DNA from: Acidobacteriota bacterium
Lineage (GTDB): Bacteria > Acidobacteriota > Aminicenantia > UBA2199
DNA: 64,000 bases
Reading direction: 5' to 3'
Assembly (NCBI GenBank): GCA_025456205.1
Contig: JALOLA010000010.1
Coordinates: 5,338 to 69,337, forward strand
Shown here: piece after piece, positions 60,880-64,000 of the stretch
Position numbering within the stretch: the stretch's first letter is position 1
Layout: the number at the start of each line of letters is the position of its first letter
Position numbers and translations under genes: made by a program
The notes under the pieces: generated by a model
The model's input: only the letters and a program-made list of their open reading frames with translations
Told to the model about the DNA's origin: nothing
Database searches by the model: none

Positions 60880-61722
60880 ATGAAAAGAAAGATCATCCGC
60901 ATCGACCGCGAGGTTTGCAACGGCTGCGGCCAGTGCCTGCCCAATTGCCCCGAAGGCGCCCTGCAACTGATCGACGGCAAGGCCCGCCTGGTCTCCGACC
61001 TCTTCTGCGACGGCCTGGGCGCCTGCATCGGCACCTGCCCGCTGGGCGCCATCCACGTCGAGGAGCGCGAGGCCGAGCCCTATGACGAGCGCCGCGTCAT
61101 GGCAAATATCGCCCCGCAGGGAGCGAACGTCATCCAGGCCCATCTCGAGCACCTGGCCGCCCACAACGAAACGGCATATCTGGAACAGGCGCGGCAGTTC
61201 CTGCATGAACAGGGCGTTCCCCTGCCCGAAACAAAAAGGGAAGAGGGCGAAAAATATCATGGCTGCCCGGGATCACAGACACAGGATCGGCGCGGGCAGG
61301 AACCGGCCCGATCCGCGGCCGTGCCTGCTTCAGCGACCACCCGCCCCTCGGAACTGCGCACCTGGCCGGTGCAGCTGCAGCTGCTCAACCCGCAGGCATC
61401 GTTCTTCGACAACGCCGACCTGCTGATCGCCGCCGACTGCGTTCCCTTTGCCCACGCCTCGTTCCATGAGGATTTCGTCACGGGCAGGATCCCGATCATC
61501 TTCTGCCCCAAGCTGGACCATGCCGGCGAGCAGTACCTGGAAAAGCTCGCCGCCATCCTCACCTTGCACCCGGTGCGCTCGCTGCACGTGGTGCACATGG
61601 AGGTCCCCTGCTGCTCGGGGACGACGGCGCTGGTGGCCCAGGCCCTGGCCCGCTCCGGCAAGGACATCCCCGTCCACGACTACACCATTTCGATCCAGGG
61701 CAAGCTGCTTGCCGTGAAATAA
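60880..61722 (+). CDS. 4Fe-4S dicluster domain protein (Hcp-associated)
   Basis: CNGCGQCLPNCP and CDGLGACIGTCP. RBS ggaga precedes ATG 60880. Confidence 0.8.
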   Translation: MKRKIIRIDREVCNGCGQCLPNCPEGALQLIDGKARLVSDLFCDGLGACIGTCPLGAIHVEEREAEPYDERRVMANIAPQGANVIQAHLEHLAAHNETAYLEQARQFLHEQGVPLPETKREEGEKYHGCPGSQTQDRRGQEPARSAAVPASATTRPSELRTWPVQLQLLNPQASFFDNADLLIAADCVPFAHASFHEDFVTGRIPIIFCPKLDHAGEQYLEKLAAILTLHPVRSLHVVHMEVPCCSGTTALVAQALARSGKDIPVHDYTISIQGKLLAVK

Positions 61723-61737
61723 ACCAAGGAGACGACC

Positions 61738-63402
61738 ATGAACATGTTTTGCTATCAGTGCGAACAGACCAGCAACGCCACGGCCTGCACCCGCGTCGGC
61801 GTCTGCGGCAAGAGCCCCGAGGTGTCGCTGCTGCAGGACCTGCTGCTGCACCAGCTGAAGGGCATCGGCTGGCTGGGCCGCGGCCTGCGCCAGATGGGCG
61901 CCGTGGACGATCCCGCCGATCGCTTCGTCATCGAGGCCCTGTTCAGCACCGTGACCAACGTCGACTTCGATCCCCAGCGACTCAAAGCCTGGATCGACCA
62001 GGCCTATCGCGTCAAGGAGGATCTGAAGGAAAAATACCTTGGCCGCTGCGAGCAGAATGACGGCCGGCCCTTTCCGGGCCGGTTCCCCGAGGCCGTCGCC
62101 TTCATCCCGGCCGGGACCATGGAAGGACTGCAAATGCAAGGCGCCGCGGCCGGCATCATGGCCAATCCGGGGCTGAACCCGGATATCCGCAGCCTGCGCG
62201 AGCTTCTGGCCTACGGCCTCAAGGGCATGGCCGCCTACGCCGATCACGCCGCCATCCTCGGCGAGAGCGACAAGGGCGTGAACTCCTTTTTCCACCGGGC
62301 GCTGGCGGCGATGCTCGACGACGGCCTCGCCGTCAGCGACCTGCTGGAGCTGAACATGGAACTGGGCCGGGTGAACCTGCGCTGCATGGAGATACTGGAC
62401 CAGGGGCACACGCAGCGCTTCGGCCATCCCGTGCCGACGCCGGTGTCCCTGGGCGCGCGCCGGGGCCCGGCCATCCTGGTCTCGGGCCATGACCTGCTGG
62501 ACCTCTTCGAGCTGCTGCGCCAGACCGAGGGGCGCGGCATTCAGGTCTATACCCACGGCGAGATGCTCCCCGCCCACGGCTACCCGGGGCTGAAGAAATT
62601 TCCGCACCTGGCCGGCAATTACGGCGGCGCCTGGCAGGACCAGCAAAAGGAGTTCGAGCGCTTCCCCGGTCCGATCCTCATGACCACCAACTGCATCCAG
62701 AAGCCCAGGCCGTCCTATGCCGACCGCATCTTCACCACCGGCCTGGTGGCCTGGCCGGGAGTGACGCACATTCCCGACCGCCGGGACTTCTCGCTGCTGA
62801 TCGCCAAGGCCGTTGAGTCGGGGGGCTTTGCCGCGGACGAAGCGGGCAGGACGATCACCGTCGGCTTCGGCCACCAGGCCGTGCTGGGCGCCGCCGAGCA
62901 GGTAGTGGCCGCGGTGAAGGCCGGCCAGATCAGGCACTTCTTCCTCATCGGCGGCTGCGACGGCGCCAGGAGCGGCCGCAACTACTATAGCGAGTTCGCC
63001 GAAAAGGTCCCCGCCGACTGCGTCATCCTCACCCTGGCCTGCGGCAAGTACCGCTTCAACAAGCTGGATTTCGGGACTGTCGCCGGCCTGCCGCGGCTGA
63101 TGGACGTCGGCCAGTGCAACGACGCCTATTCGGCCATCCAGATCGCCCTGGCCCTGGCCAAGGCCTTCGGGGTGGGCGTCAACGAGCTGCCGCTGTCGCT
63201 GGTCCTCTCCTGGTACGAGCAGAAGGCGGTGATCGTGCTGCTCACCCTGCTGGCGCTCGGCGTGCGCAACATCCGCCTGGGACCGACGCTGCCGGCCTTC
63301 CTGACGCCCAATGTCCTGAAGGTGCTGGTCGACAAGTTCGCCATCAAGCCCATCGGCACGGCCGACGAGGACATCCGCCTGTGCCTGCAGGGCGAGAAAT
63401 GA
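61738..63402 (+). CDS. hcp: hydroxylamine reductase / hybrid cluster protein
   Basis: N-terminal MFCYQCEQT...CTRVGVCGK. Length 554 aa. Confidence 0.96.
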   Translation: MNMFCYQCEQTSNATACTRVGVCGKSPEVSLLQDLLLHQLKGIGWLGRGLRQMGAVDDPADRFVIEALFSTVTNVDFDPQRLKAWIDQAYRVKEDLKEKYLGRCEQNDGRPFPGRFPEAVAFIPAGTMEGLQMQGAAAGIMANPGLNPDIRSLRELLAYGLKGMAAYADHAAILGESDKGVNSFFHRALAAMLDDGLAVSDLLELNMELGRVNLRCMEILDQGHTQRFGHPVPTPVSLGARRGPAILVSGHDLLDLFELLRQTEGRGIQVYTHGEMLPAHGYPGLKKFPHLAGNYGGAWQDQQKEFERFPGPILMTTNCIQKPRPSYADRIFTTGLVAWPGVTHIPDRRDFSLLIAKAVESGGFAADEAGRTITVGFGHQAVLGAAEQVVAAVKAGQIRHFFLIGGCDGARSGRNYYSEFAEKVPADCVILTLACGKYRFNKLDFGTVAGLPRLMDVGQCNDAYSAIQIALALAKAFGVGVNELPLSLVLSWYEQKAVIVLLTLLALGVRNIRLGPTLPAFLTPNVLKVLVDKFAIKPIGTADEDIRLCLQGEK

Positions 63403-63416
63403 ACAGGGAGGAAAAC

Positions 63417-63743
63417 ATGCCTGAAATAATGAACGTAAAGGAGTGGGTGGCCTACCAGAAGGGGGCCGTCGTCAGCAAGACGCTGGTCGAGAAGGAGACG
63501 GGCACGGTCACGCTGTTTGCCTTCGACGAGGGCCAGGCTTTGAGCGAGCACACCGCCCCGTTCGACGCCCTGGTGCAGGTGACGGAAGGCCGCGCGGAGA
63601 TCCGCATCGCCGGAATGCCGCACCAGGTCGGCGCGGGGGAGATGATCATCATGCCCGCCGACCAGGGCCACGCCCTCAAAGCGCTCACTCGCTTCAAGAT
63701 GATGCTGACCATGATCCGCGCCGGCAACAAGAATAAAAAGTAA
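63417..63743 (+). CDS. cupin domain protein
   Basis: RBS agggagga followed by ATG 63417. The text ...TLFAFDEGQALSEHTAPFDALVQVTEGRAEIRI... is cupin_2-like. Confidence 0.75.
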   Translation: MPEIMNVKEWVAYQKGAVVSKTLVEKETGTVTLFAFDEGQALSEHTAPFDALVQVTEGRAEIRIAGMPHQVGAGEMIIMPADQGHALKALTRFKMMLTMIRAGNKNKK

Positions 63744-63843
63744 GAGGAGCAGACAATGACCGCGACGGAAATTCTGGTGGACGAACACCGCCTGGCCGAG
63801 GAAATAACCGCCCTTTCCTAGCCCGCGCCCCCGGCTCCCACTC

Positions 63844-63872
63844 TTGCCAAGGGAGGGGCATTTGTGTACAAT
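63844..63872 (+). promoter_or_regulatory. sigma70 promoter
   Basis: TTGCCA, 17-nt spacer, TACAAT. Lies 26 nt before ATG 63898. Confidence 0.5.
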
Positions 63873-63897
63873 GGGACTTTCCGCCAATGGAGATTCC

Positions 63898-64000
63898 ATG
63901 AACCCCACATTACTCGAGCGATTAGTCTCCCTGCGCCGTCAGTTGGAATCCGAGAAATGCGACGCCACCGCCGGGGAGCGCATCGTCATCCAGGTCGGGT
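63898..64000 (+). CDS. hypothetical protein, 3' end off window
   Basis: Promoter, ggaga RBS and ATG are present. MNPTLLERLVSLRRQLESEKCDATAGERIVIQVG; function not assignable. Confidence 0.4.
   Translation, partial: MNPTLLERLVSLRRQLESEKCDATAGERIVIQVG

Overview
High-GC (about 65% by eye) bacterial chromosomal window. The gene content (GWxTD proteins, ~1000-aa CarboxypepD_reg/TonB-dependent receptors, many TPR proteins) suggests Acidobacteria/Aminicenantes-like taxa, but I cannot verify this. Layout by region: (1) 1-12.2 kb is housekeeping: acyl-ACP thioesterase, mscL, a cytoplasmic hybrid histidine kinase operon, and ileS-lspA-lgt-rluD. (2) 12.2-15.8 kb is a visibly lower-GC accessory patch with hicAB, a 5'-truncated rhomboid-TPR gene fused to a helicase-like gene fragment, and a wHTH regulator. 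(3) 15.8-22.6 kb holds hypFCDEA and hypB. (4) 22.7-32.6 kb is a 12-gene group 4 [NiFe]-hydrogenase operon. Its subunit set matches the complete 11-subunit complex I core (A,B,C,D,H,I,J,K,L,M,N-like) plus a HycI-like protease. The catalytic subunit carries an out-of-frame internal deletion. (5) 32.7-48.7 kb holds tonB, an M1 peptidase and two paralogous GWxTD / TonB-dependent-receptor modules. Both receptor genes sit behind sigma54-type promoters, and one receptor is frameshifted. A low-GC DUF559 cassette bracketed by palindromic repeats lies between the modules. (6) 48.8-57.9 kb holds two Thr-type sulfatase-like proteins flanking a GT39/TPR glycosyltransferase, a ResB/CcsA pair and an FGE-domain protein. 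(7) 58-64 kb holds a polytopic membrane protein, an SMS-like PAP2_C protein and a TetR-controlled hcp operon. Many spacers carry unusual short-period (mostly 7-nt) repeat tracts arranged as long hairpins, and several consensus sigma70 promoters are readable. Most long ORFs antisense to the called genes are GC-driven shadow ORFs. No rRNA, tRNA or CRISPR array was seen.
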